Part shown: piece by piece, positions 1 to 12,050 of the stretch
Position numbering within the stretch: position 1 is the first letter of the stretch
Layout: each line of letters starts with the position of its first letter
Source: an uncultured Gemmatimonadales bacterium
Lineage (GTDB): Bacteria; Gemmatimonadota; Gemmatimonadetes; Longimicrobiales; RSA9
DNA length: 64,000 nucleotides
Direction of reading: 5' to 3'
Assembly (NCBI GenBank): GCA_963741945.1
Contig: CAVUKA010000002.1
Coordinates: 111,730-175,729 of the forward strand
Notes under the pieces: model-generated
The model's input: only the letters and a program-made list of their open reading frames with translations
What the model was told of the DNA's origin: nothing
Databases searched by the model: none
Made by a program: the position numbers and the translations under genes

Positions 1-23
1 CCCTCAGTGATGAGGTGTTTGAA

Positions 24-887
24 ATGCGCGGACGAACTCTCCGGCTCGTTCCCGTGGTACTGGCGACGCTCGCTGCGGCTGCCTGCGACACCACCACGAC
101 CCCTCTCGCTCCTGATGGCGCGGCGCTGGCGCGCGCCGGCTACGACTCGCCCGGGGCGCACAGGCAGTACGGCGTTCCGATCAGGCTGGGCGACGGCATG
201 GCGCGTGTCTACGTGGTTCTCGACGCCAGGCAGGAGGGTGCGCCGCTCGAGATCGGCATCGCCCTGAGTGAAAAGGCACTGAACAACCTGTCCGCGTCCG
301 GCCCCACGACATACATGCTTCCGCTCCCGACGCACGCGCCCGAGCCGTACACGTTCGCGATGCTGGACTGGAACCCGCAGGGCCACGAGCCGCCGGGCGT
401 CTACACGGTTCCGCACTTCGACTTCCACTTCTACACGGTGCCTGAAGCGCAGGTGACCGCGATTCTCCCGTCCGCCCCCGACTTCGCCAGCGAGGCGAAC
501 AACGTCCCCACCGGCGATTTCGTCCCGCCCTATTACGTCGTGCTCGGCCCTCCGGGAAGTGAGCCGGTCGACGTGGCGGTACCGCAGATGGGGGTCCACT
601 GGAGCGACGTCCGCTCCCCCGAGCTGCAGGGCATGCTCGGCCACCCGGAAGATTACGAGCCGTTCACGAAAACGTTCATCTACGGCTCCTGGGACGGGGA
701 GTTCACGTTCCTCGAGCCGATGGTCACGCGCGGCTACCTGCTCGGCGCGTCGGACGAGATCATCGAGATCCCGACGCCGGCCGCGCGACCGCAGCCGGGC
801 TGGTACCCGTCCGCATACCGGATCACGTATGACCCGCAGGCGAAGGAATACCGCATCGGACTCACCCATCTGACCTGGAGCAACTGA
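24..887 (+). CDS. Putative lipoprotein, DUF5602/TTHB210-like family
   Basis: GAGGTG RBS before ATG 24; lipobox-like LAAAAC; motifs WNPQGHEPPGVYTVPHFDFHFY, PQMGVHW, FIYGSWDG..FLEPM. Confidence 0.75.
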   Translation: MRGRTLRLVPVVLATLAAAACDTTTTPLAPDGAALARAGYDSPGAHRQYGVPIRLGDGMARVYVVLDARQEGAPLEIGIALSEKALNNLSASGPTTYMLPLPTHAPEPYTFAMLDWNPQGHEPPGVYTVPHFDFHFYTVPEAQVTAILPSAPDFASEANNVPTGDFVPPYYVVLGPPGSEPVDVAVPQMGVHWSDVRSPELQGMLGHPEDYEPFTKTFIYGSWDGEFTFLEPMVTRGYLLGASDEIIEIPTPAARPQPGWYPSAYRITYDPQAKEYRIGLTHLTWSN

Positions 888-949
888 GCCGGCCGAGCCC
901 GGCAGTCGGGCGCCGCCGGCACCCGCGCCTGCCGGGTGGCTGAACGGCC

Positions 950-1690
950 TCAGCCGGGCCGCTGCAGCGGGGCGGGGACGACGGCGAAATCGCGCCGGCG
1001 GGCACCGGCCGCGGCGTGCTCCCGTCGCACGAACCGCTGCAGTGCCCACCGGTCCCTGAGGGGCTCGCCGTGGCCGAAGCAGACCACGGCCGGGTCGAGG
1101 TCGGCCAGGCGACGGGCCGATGCGAGGTTCCGCTCGTAATCGTGGACGAGGAAGCGGTAGGGCCACGCCAGCCCGTGCTGCAGCGTCAGGGGATTGCGGT
1201 GGAACAGTACATCGCCCAGCACCAGGACCCGGTCCTGCTCGCGCCAGAACGCCAGGTGACCGGGCGTATGTCCGGGCGTCTCCAGGACCGTGAACCCGCC
1301 CACGACGTCGCCCTCACGGATCACCCGGGTCACGGCGTGGCCGGGCCCCGCGAGCCGCCGCGCGAGCCGCGCGATGAAGCGATCCCGATCCGGGTAGAGG
1401 AGAGACCCGTCTCCCGCCTCCACGGCCTGACGCTCGGGGCCGCCGCACGCCAGCGGGATTCCGAGCGCGTCGCAGAGGCCGTGGGCCCCGCCCTGGTGGT
1501 CGAAATGACCGTGGGTCAGGGCGAGGCCGGCAACGCGCTTGCCGCCCAGCCTCTTCAGGATCCGGCGCACGGCTCCCGGCCCGCCCGCGTCCACCAGGAC
1601 ATCGCCCATCAGGTAGACATTGACCAGGTCCAGCGGGAGGAGGGCCAGCCGGAGCAGGCCGGGCACCACCTCGGTGAAAGCCGCCATCAT
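950..1690 (-). CDS. MBL-fold metallo-hydrolase
   Basis: THGHFDHQGG, TPGHTPGH, LGD and CFGHG metal-binding motifs; GAGGT RBS. Confidence 0.9.
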   Translation of the reverse strand: MMAAFTEVVPGLLRLALLPLDLVNVYLMGDVLVDAGGPGAVRRILKRLGGKRVAGLALTHGHFDHQGGAHGLCDALGIPLACGGPERQAVEAGDGSLLYPDRDRFIARLARRLAGPGHAVTRVIREGDVVGGFTVLETPGHTPGHLAFWREQDRVLVLGDVLFHRNPLTLQHGLAWPYRFLVHDYERNLASARRLADLDPAVVCFGHGEPLRDRWALQRFVRREHAAAGARRRDFAVVPAPLQRPG

Positions 1691-1881
1691 GCGCACCTCG
1701 GAGGATCTGCGGGATGACCGGAGTCCCGGCCCATCGCCTGCCACAATGTGGTCCCGGCGGGCCGGGGTAACAAGGCGCCCGCAACCGCGACGCGTGGCAG
1801 CGGCTGACACCCAACCCTATGGGATCCCGTAGTGTCCAACCGTCCGAAGCCACGACTCGTGACCCCGACCTGTGAACTGCC

Positions 1882-4626
1882 GTGACGATTCGATCGCTGT
1901 ACCGGACGGCCCTCGTGATGGGCGCCTGCGCGCTGCCCCTTCCCCTGCTGGCCCAGTCCGCCGCGCCGCCCGAGAGCGGGCAGACGGCGCCCTCGAGCTC
2001 GGTCCGGCCCAGGGCGATGGCCGCGGCCGCGGAGGAAGAGATCACCATCGATGGTCGGCTCGAGGAGGGCTCGTGGCAGGCGGCGCCGCCCATCACCGCA
2101 TTCTGGCAGTCGCAGCCGGAAGAAGGGCAGCGGGCATCGCAGGACACCGAGGTTCGCGTGCTGTTCGGGCGCTCGGCGCTGTACATCGGCGCGCGGATGC
2201 AGCAGGCGGGCGGCGTCGTCGCCCCGCTGGCGAGGCGGGATCAGCTGCTGGACTCGGACGGCAACAACGGCTCGTTCAACTCGCTGACCACGGACAAGCT
2301 CATCGTCCAGCTCGACCCGTACCACAACCGCCTGGACGAAGTCTGGTTCGAGGTGAACCCGGCGGGCGTGAAGGGTGAGCAGCTGAACGGCGATCCTTCC
2401 TGGGACCCGATCTGGGATGCCGCCGCGCGGGTGGATGCGGATGGCTGGACGGCCGAGATGCGGATCCCGTACAGCCAGCTCCGCTTCTCCACCGACTCGA
2501 TCCAGACGTGGGGGATGCAGATCCTCCGGTACGTGGACAGCCGGAACGAACAGGACATGTGGTCGTTCCGCCGGCGCAGCGAGCCGTCCGGGCCCGCCTA
2601 CTTCGGTGACCTCACCGGGATCAGCATCACGCACCGGCCGCGGCAGCTGGAAGTGCTGCCCTACCTGGTCACGGGGAACACGTTCCGACACGCGGACCGG
2701 GCCGACCCGTACCACGACGGGAGCGACGCGCGCCTCGCCGCCGGCGGAGACATCAAGTACCTGCTCACGTCCAACCTGACGCTGGACGCCACCATCAACC
2801 CGGACTTCGGCCAGGTGGAGGTGGACCCCGCCACGCTCAACCTGAGCGCGTTCGAGACGTACTACGACGAGAAGCGCCCGTTCTTCGTCTCCGGCGCCAG
2901 CGCGTTCCGTTTCGGCGGGATGTGGTGCATGTTCTGCAGCAACGCGTCGTCGCTGAACGCCTTCTACTCACGGCGGATCGGCCGACCGCCGCAGCTGGAC
3001 GGCTACGTGGATGACAATTCGGCGTTCGCCGACACCCCGGACAACACGGGCATCCTGGGCGCCGCCAAGATCACCGGGCGCACGGCGGGCGGGTACAGCG
3101 TGGGGCTGCTGAACGCGGTCACATCACGGGAAACGGCCACGTTCCTCCCGTCAGCCGGCGCCGCGGAGGAGTCGCAGGTGGTCGAGCCGGTGAGCAATTA
3201 CTTCGTCGGCCGCGTCAAGAAGGAGTTCCGCGAAGGCGCCACCACGTTCGGCGGGATCCTCACATCGGTGGTGCGCAACACGTCCGATCCGCTCGTGAAG
3301 GATCGGCTGCGCGGCCATGCGGAGGCGGCCGGTTTCGACTGGAACCACGCGTGGCACAACCGCGAGTACAGCTGGATGGGGAACACGCTGTTCTCCAACG
3401 TGGGCGGCTCCACCGACGCCATTGCGAGGACCCAGCGCTCCAGCGCCCATTACTTCCAGCGCCCTGACCGCCACGTCGACCGCGATGGCCTGTTCGGCAC
3501 CGCGTACGATCCATCGGCCACGTCGCTCCGCGGCTACGGCCTGTACACGCGCGTGGCCAAGAACGCCGGGACCTTCCGCTGGGAGGCCATGAGCAACGTC
3601 CGGAGCCCCGGCTTCGAAACCAACGACCTGGCCTTCCTGAACGAAGCGGACTACGTCTGGCTCAACGGCAACATCGCCGGGAACTGGACCACGCCCACCA
3701 GCTGGTATCGGAGCATTTTCACCTCGTTCGGCGGCGCCACCCGCTGGAACTACGACGGCGACCGCACCGAGGCCGCGCTCCAGACCTTCTTCGCCATGGA
3801 GCTCCCCAACTACTGGAACATCCGGATCATGGGGATCCACAACGCGGCGGCCTTCGACGACCGGCTCACCCGCGGCGGGCCAGTGGTCAAGAAGGACGGC
3901 TACGATGTGGCCAGCATCAACGTGTCCACCGACGCTCGCGCCGCCGCCGTCTTCGACCTCGGCATCCAGGGCGCCCGGGGGCTCAGCGACGGGACCCGCT
4001 TCCTCCAGGTCACTCCCGGCCTCGCCCTCAAGCCGGCCGCCAATGTCTTCATCCAGCTCTCGCCCAGCTACCGCCATGACGAGAACGCGGCGCAGTACGT
4101 CACCAGCGTCGACGACCCCGCGGCCACGGCGTTCTACGGCGAGCGCTACGTGTTCGCCTACATCACCACCAACACGGTGTCACTCGACACGCGCGTGAAC
4201 TGGACGTTCACCCCCAACCTAACGCTCCAGCTCTTCGCCCAGCCGTTCATCGCCAGCGGCGACTATTCCTCCTTCCGGGAGTACGCTGCCCCGCGCACGC
4301 TGCAGCAGAACGTGTACGGCAGGGACGCGGGCACCATCGCCTACGACAATCAGGACAATGTCTACACCGTCGACCCCGATGGAGCCGGACCCGCCGGGAC
4401 CTTCACCTTCGACAATCCCGACTTCACGGACCGCGCCCTGCGCGGCACTGCCGTGCTGCGGTGGGAATACCGCCCCGGCTCCACCCTCTTCTTCGTCTGG
4501 ACCCAGCAGCGGTCGGGGAGCAGCGCGAGCGGAGCGTTCGACTTCGGCCGCGATGGCGGAGCCATCTTCCGGGATCGTCCGATGAACGTGTTCCAGATCA
4601 AGGCCACGTACTGGCTCGGGCGATAG
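1882..4626 (+). CDS. DUF5916-type outer-membrane protein with N-terminal CBM9-like domain
   Basis: Signal peptide; IDGRLEE..W, WTAEMRIPYSQLRF, TINPDFGQVEVDP, EKRPFF, C-terminal LRWEYRPGS...KATYW. Confidence 0.85.
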   Translation: MTIRSLYRTALVMGACALPLPLLAQSAAPPESGQTAPSSSVRPRAMAAAAEEEITIDGRLEEGSWQAAPPITAFWQSQPEEGQRASQDTEVRVLFGRSALYIGARMQQAGGVVAPLARRDQLLDSDGNNGSFNSLTTDKLIVQLDPYHNRLDEVWFEVNPAGVKGEQLNGDPSWDPIWDAAARVDADGWTAEMRIPYSQLRFSTDSIQTWGMQILRYVDSRNEQDMWSFRRRSEPSGPAYFGDLTGISITHRPRQLEVLPYLVTGNTFRHADRADPYHDGSDARLAAGGDIKYLLTSNLTLDATINPDFGQVEVDPATLNLSAFETYYDEKRPFFVSGASAFRFGGMWCMFCSNASSLNAFYSRRIGRPPQLDGYVDDNSAFADTPDNTGILGAAKITGRTAGGYSVGLLNAVTSRETATFLPSAGAAEESQVVEPVSNYFVGRVKKEFREGATTFGGILTSVVRNTSDPLVKDRLRGHAEAAGFDWNHAWHNREYSWMGNTLFSNVGGSTDAIARTQRSSAHYFQRPDRHVDRDGLFGTAYDPSATSLRGYGLYTRVAKNAGTFRWEAMSNVRSPGFETNDLAFLNEADYVWLNGNIAGNWTTPTSWYRSIFTSFGGATRWNYDGDRTEAALQTFFAMELPNYWNIRIMGIHNAAAFDDRLTRGGPVVKKDGYDVASINVSTDARAAAVFDLGIQGARGLSDGTRFLQVTPGLALKPAANVFIQLSPSYRHDENAAQYVTSVDDPAATAFYGERYVFAYITTNTVSLDTRVNWTFTPNLTLQLFAQPFIASGDYSSFREYAAPRTLQQNVYGRDAGTIAYDNQDNVYTVDPDGAGPAGTFTFDNPDFTDRALRGTAVLRWEYRPGSTLFFVWTQQRSGSSASGAFDFGRDGGAIFRDRPMNVFQIKATYWLGR

Positions 4627-4742
4627 TCCGCGGACGGCGGCGCGGCGCGCGGTCCGGCCCGTGAAAGTGGACGGACCGTGCGCGCCGACGCCCGATCGGG
4701 GGCGGCATCCAGGTCTCGCTGCAGCCCGACTGGGGCACTCCC

Positions 4743-5114
4743 CTACTGGAGCACGGACAGCGTGTTCGCGCGAATCTGCCACCGGACCTGTGCGCCGTCG
4801 AAGAGCGTGAACTCGCGGGAGATGCTCGCGGCGCCGCTCGGCTGGTCGGACACCAGGCGGAAGTTGCCGGAGAAGTCGGCCGCGGAGTAGGTCAGCGTCC
4901 GCTGGTCTCCGGCCTCGATGGTTCCGAGCGTCGCCACATCCTTGTCGTTCCTGCGCAGCTTGATGGTCACGCGCGCCTGGGGCTGCACGTCGTTGTAGAC
5001 GATGAACGAGGCCTGCTTCTCCTCACCGCCACCGCCCGAAAGGATGCCCAGGCACCCCGTGCTGAGAACGGCCAGGGCCAGAACGGCGATGATGCTCGAT
5101 ATGCGTGGCTTCAC
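4743..5114 (-). CDS. Small hypothetical lipoprotein
   Basis: GGAGG RBS then GTG; signal peptide ending LSTGC; small beta-rich domain. Confidence 0.7.
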   Translation of the reverse strand: MKPRISSIIAVLALAVLSTGCLGILSGGGGEEKQASFIVYNDVQPQARVTIKLRRNDKDVATLGTIEAGDQRTLTYSAADFSGNFRLVSDQPSGAASISREFTLFDGAQVRWQIRANTLSVLQ

Positions 5115-5155
5115 AATGTCCTCCGGCGAGGGGTTGAGTACAGGCCGCAAGGTTG

Positions 5156-5172
5156 ATGCGGATGTCGTGCCA
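5156..5172 (-). promoter_or_regulatory. Candidate sigma-54 (-24/-12) promoter
   Basis: TGGCACGACATCCGCA on the minus strand (GG-N10-GC), ~40 nt upstream of the 5114 start. Confidence 0.45.
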
Positions 5173-5455
5173 TGGCCGCGCCCGACCGGGTGGCGGCCGT
5201 GCCCGCTCCCGCGCGGAGAGAGGCGCGAACGAAAGGCTTGCGCCCGGGGCCCCCCGCTGCAGAGTTGTCGCTCCGCCGTTGCGTGGCGCTCCCAGGGAGA
5301 GATCGCGCGGCGGCCGGGCGCCGACTGCCCCCCACCCGCAGTGCGGCGTTCTTGCGGGAGTGGCGGTCGACACCCGCTCGGCACCCCCGCCCGGGGGTGC
5401 ACGAGTTCGGCCCGCTCCGGCGCGGGCCGGTCCCTCTATCATCCGGAGGTCGCTC

Positions 5456-6091
5456 ATGCGCACGATGCCCCTACCCGCACTCACCCTCACTCTGGCGACC
5501 GCCGTTCTCGCGCCCGGGCTCTCGGCCCAGGGCGCAGCGGCGCCCAGGGCCGGCTCTCCCCCACCCTCCGAGCTCGCGGCGATCCGCGTGGCCACCGAGA
5601 AGTACAAGGACATCGACGCCGCCCTGGCGGACGGCTACGTGGACCCGCTCCACATGTGCGTCAGCGCGCCCATGGAGGGGCAGCCGAAGCAGCTGGGCGC
5701 CATGGGCATCCACTACGTCCGCCCCGACCTGCTGGGGATCACCACGGACCAGCCGCGCGTGGACGGCACGGGGACGAATACGGATTTCGTCCACCCCGCC
5801 GTCCTGATCTACGAGCCCGAGGCGGACGGCTCCATGGTGCTGGTCGGGATCGAGAACCTGGTCTGGGCGAAGGCGTGGAAGGACGCGGGCAATCAAGGGC
5901 CGCCCACCTTCCACGGCAACGAGTACTACTACATGGAGGACAATCCGGGGACCGCGGTGGACGAGGCGCACGGCTTCATGCCGCATTACGAGCTGCACTT
6001 CTGGCTGTACCGGGAGAACCCCGCCGGCATGTTCATGCCGTGGAACACGGCGGTGACCTGCGCCAACTTCCACCCCGGAAAGACCGACTGA
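5456..6091 (+). CDS. Secreted hypothetical protein (MGIHY / HYELHFW family)
   Basis: GGAGGT RBS; signal peptide; GAMGIHYVRPDL, PAVLIYEP, HYELHFWLYRENPAGMFMPWN. Confidence 0.75.
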   Translation: MRTMPLPALTLTLATAVLAPGLSAQGAAAPRAGSPPPSELAAIRVATEKYKDIDAALADGYVDPLHMCVSAPMEGQPKQLGAMGIHYVRPDLLGITTDQPRVDGTGTNTDFVHPAVLIYEPEADGSMVLVGIENLVWAKAWKDAGNQGPPTFHGNEYYYMEDNPGTAVDEAHGFMPHYELHFWLYRENPAGMFMPWNTAVTCANFHPGKTD

Positions 6092-6214
6092 ACCCGGGAG
6101 AGCGGCACACCCGTGGCGTGCGCTCCGGCGGATGACACCGTCGTCCCGGGGCACCGGGCCCGTCCGCCGCGCGGGCGGGCCCGGGCATGCGTGGAGTCGC
6201 CGCCGCGGCGGGCG

Positions 6215-6421
6215 CTATTCGAGGGCGATCTCGCCGCTGATGACGTGCTCGTCGAGCACACCATCGATGCTCAGGACGGCGCGCACCTGGAGCGTCTCCC
6301 GGCCGCCGAGGCGGCCCGACTCCACGGCCGCGCGTACGGCCCGCTCGATCTCACGCTGCGACGTTACGCCGAACGTTTTCAGGAACTTCCGGATCTCCAT
6401 GTTGAAGCGTTCCTCGTTCAT
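6215..6421 (-). CDS. DUF6494-like small protein
   Basis: MNEERFNMEIRKFLKTFGVTSQREIERAV... at the 3' end of a longer track ORF; AGGAG RBS. Confidence 0.8.
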   Translation of the reverse strand: MNEERFNMEIRKFLKTFGVTSQREIERAVRAAVESGRLGGRETLQVRAVLSIDGVLDEHVISGEIALE

Positions 6422-6553
6422 GGCTGGCTCCTGATTGGAAAGGGGGTACGCTGCCGTCGAAAGGAAATGGTTGTACCGGCGATGTCCGCGACGCAAACTT
6501 CCGGGGTGCACCGCGCTCTCCGGCGCCCCCACTCCTCCGACTCCCACGGACCG

Positions 6554-7255
6554 ATGCCGCTGACAACCACCCCGCCCACCCCACCCATGCGGACCACGGC
6601 CACTCGCCGGTCCTTCGCGGTGCATGCCGCCGCGGCCGCCGCGCTCTGGCTGGTCCTGGCCGGCCTCGTGCTCCCCTTCGGAGTCGCCTCCCTGGCCGGG
6701 CTCACTCACCTGGAATCGTCGGTCCCCGAGTACGTGCTGGCCACTCTCATCATGCTCGCAGGCGGAGCACTCGGCGGCGGCGGATTCGGCCACTTCATGG
6801 GCCGCCACGCCGGCGGCGACGCCCGCCGGAGCGCGCGCGCAGCCGCCCTCGGGTTCGCGCTGCCCGCCCTCATCGCGGCCATCCTCCTGGGCACCGCCGA
6901 GCCGGTGGCGCTCCGTCTGGCCGCGGCCGGCCATTTCAAGATCCACGTCATGTTCACGTTCATGTTCGCCTCCGCCACGCTCGCCGTGGCCGGCGTTCTC
7001 GGGCTCGTGCTCGGCCGGACGCTCGGGGGCGAACGGCTTGCGCGCAGGACGGCCGTGAGGGGGGGCATTGCCGCGGCATCGGCGTTCCTGGTGGCGGACG
7101 TCGCGCAGGATCTGCTCGGCCGCCGCGTGGGCGGCCCGGGCGCCGCCGCCACGGCCACCATGCTGACGGTGGCGGGCGTCTGCCTCATCGTGGCGGCGGC
7201 AGCGGCGGGCGCGGCCATGGCGCGCGTGATCGAGACCCGCGCGGCGACGCGTTAG
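6554..7255 (+). CDS. Hypothetical multi-pass membrane protein
   Basis: About 6 hydrophobic segments; GC3-biased codons; start uncertain. Confidence 0.65.
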   Translation: MPLTTTPPTPPMRTTATRRSFAVHAAAAAALWLVLAGLVLPFGVASLAGLTHLESSVPEYVLATLIMLAGGALGGGGFGHFMGRHAGGDARRSARAAALGFALPALIAAILLGTAEPVALRLAAAGHFKIHVMFTFMFASATLAVAGVLGLVLGRTLGGERLARRTAVRGGIAAASAFLVADVAQDLLGRRVGGPGAAATATMLTVAGVCLIVAAAAAGAAMARVIETRAATR

Positions 7256-7291
7256 GCCGCGAGCAGACGGCGCGAGGCCGCCCGCCTCCAC

Positions 7292-8815
7292 TTAGGGGAT
7301 CGGCCGCTCGATCACCGCGATCCGGCCGTCGACCTGCGGGACGAGCAGCTCGCTGCCCCGGACGGCCAGCGCCACGGGCTGGACGATCCCCGGCACCGTG
7401 AACGCGCCGGTCACGCGCTTCCCGTCCAGGTCGATGAGGAGCAGCGTGGAGAACGCCGCGCTGAAGGCGTACAACGTTCCGTCGGCGACGGTGGCGCCCG
7501 TCACCACGTAGTCGCCGAGCTCGCGCCCCGGCCCGGCCAACGCCAGTCCGGGCGCCAGCTCCGGCACGAACTCCGAGGAGAGCACGAGGTCCCGCCGATC
7601 GAAGCGCGAGACCACCAGCTGCCGATGGCGCGGGGATGGCACGCTGACCGTGACCAGCGCGCCTGCCGCCACATCGTAGGCGAGCGAGAGCGCGTACATC
7701 TGCCGGGCGCGCACCGTCGCGAAGCGGGAGCGGCGCAGCTCCGTTACCGCCCCGTCCGTTTCCAGGAAGTGGCGCCACTCCAGCGCCTCGTCCGCCGCGG
7801 GGTCGGGGCGGAGCAGCACATAGCTCTTGTTCCGGGAGAGCACCGCCGCCGTGTCGCCCAGGAGCGCGGCACCGGCCAGCGGCGTGAGATCGATGCTGAA
7901 GCCGGGATCGAGGACCACGCGGTGCACCACCCGGGACATTGTCGGGTCGAGCCAGTACACGCCGAAGCGGTCCGTCACCGCGAGCACGGAGCCGCCTTCG
8001 CCCGCGACGGCGCCCGGATCCGCGGACGGCCCGGGGGCCGTGACCGGGGACGTCGCCAGCCCCGTCAGCTTCCCGTCCAGTGCCGCGCCGATCCGCTCCC
8101 AGCCCACGATGTCCAGCCGGGGGAGGCCCGTCAGCGGCCCGTGCGCCGGATCCGCATCGACCTCCAGGTGCGCCGGGTCCGGCGCCGGGATCGTCCAGGA
8201 CCCGCGCCAGGAGATCGCCCCCGTCGCCTCCTCCTGCGACCAGACCCAGTGCCGCGGATTCCACGACAGCCGGATGGGATCGCCCTGGCCGAAGTACGGC
8301 GGCGGTCCGGTGGACGCGAACGCCTGCACCGCGTTGGCCCCGGTGAGGACCACGAGCAGCGCCATGGCGAAGCGGCCAACGCGCCCCGGCCTCAGCGCCG
8401 GATCGCCCTCCAGCGGGCCGCGGAAGAAGAGCAGGAGCACGCCCGCCACCACCAGCACGATCCAGTGGATCACGCCCGCCCAGACGTAGGTGTGGGCGCC
8501 CAGGATGTTGCCCGCGAAGCCCTGGCCCACGTCGCGCGCCAGGTGCAGCGCCGAATGCCGCAGCGCCATGAATGCGCCCCACGCCCCGAGCAGCACCAGC
8601 ATCCCCAGGTAGCGCGGGCGGGGGCCGTAGCGGATCACGAACACGCCCACCAGCGCCATGAGCAGCATGGACGTGCGCTGCGCCCAGCACAGGATGCACG
8701 GGGACTCGCCATGCACGAAGCCGAGCCAGAGGGCGCCGCCCACGGGGACCACGAGGAGCGCGATCACGAGCCACGCCAGCACCTGCCGCAGGCGGGCGTC
8801 CGTGAGCCCGGTCAC
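7292..8815 (-). CDS. dsbI: DsbI-type disulfide bond formation protein (DsbB-family membrane domain plus periplasmic beta-propeller-like domain)
   Basis: ESPCILCWAQR CxxC motif, 5 TM segments, DVGQGF, AHTYVWA, GPPPYFGQGDP, then a long soluble C-terminal region. Confidence 0.8.
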   Translation of the reverse strand: MTGLTDARLRQVLAWLVIALLVVPVGGALWLGFVHGESPCILCWAQRTSMLLMALVGVFVIRYGPRPRYLGMLVLLGAWGAFMALRHSALHLARDVGQGFAGNILGAHTYVWAGVIHWIVLVVAGVLLLFFRGPLEGDPALRPGRVGRFAMALLVVLTGANAVQAFASTGPPPYFGQGDPIRLSWNPRHWVWSQEEATGAISWRGSWTIPAPDPAHLEVDADPAHGPLTGLPRLDIVGWERIGAALDGKLTGLATSPVTAPGPSADPGAVAGEGGSVLAVTDRFGVYWLDPTMSRVVHRVVLDPGFSIDLTPLAGAALLGDTAAVLSRNKSYVLLRPDPAADEALEWRHFLETDGAVTELRRSRFATVRARQMYALSLAYDVAAGALVTVSVPSPRHRQLVVSRFDRRDLVLSSEFVPELAPGLALAGPGRELGDYVVTGATVADGTLYAFSAAFSTLLLIDLDGKRVTGAFTVPGIVQPVALAVRGSELLVPQVDGRIAVIERPIP

Positions 8816-8979
8816 AGGTTCACCCCGGGCACCAGCGACGTGTGCGTGCCGATCAGGAAGAGCGCGGCCATGAGGATGAAGCTGAGCACGAGCAGCATGA
8901 ACGCCAGCCGCTCACGCTCCGGCCGCCGCCAGACCAGCCATCCCGCCGCCAGGATGATCACGAAGTTTAGGAATTCCAT
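8812..8979 (-). CDS. dba: Dba-like 55-aa membrane accessory protein
   Basis: MEFLNFVIILAAGWLVWRRPERERLAFMLLVLSFILMAALFLIGTHTSLVPGVNL; two TM helices; stop overlaps the dsbI start (GTGA). Confidence 0.7.
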   Translation of the reverse strand: MEFLNFVIILAAGWLVWRRPERERLAFMLLVLSFILMAALFLIGTHTSLVPGVNL

Positions 8980-9108
8980 GGGCGGAAAGGATGGCGCGAG
9001 CGGCGGGAGCGGGCAAGCCGGCGCATCGCGCGGTCCTTGTCCGATCCGGCAATGTCGCGGCACATTGTCCCGCGTTCGTCCTTCCCACAGCCACCTCGGA
9101 GTGTTTCG

Positions 9109-11931
<2,823 letters not shown>

Positions 11932-12050
11932 GCCGCCGGACCGTGCACGGCCGCGGAGCTGCCCCGGCTCCGCGGCCCGCAACGGTTGCGGTGCGCGCCG
12001 GGTGTGCGGCAAATTGCATCCGCTTACCGTAGCCCCTGCCCGGAGATCGC

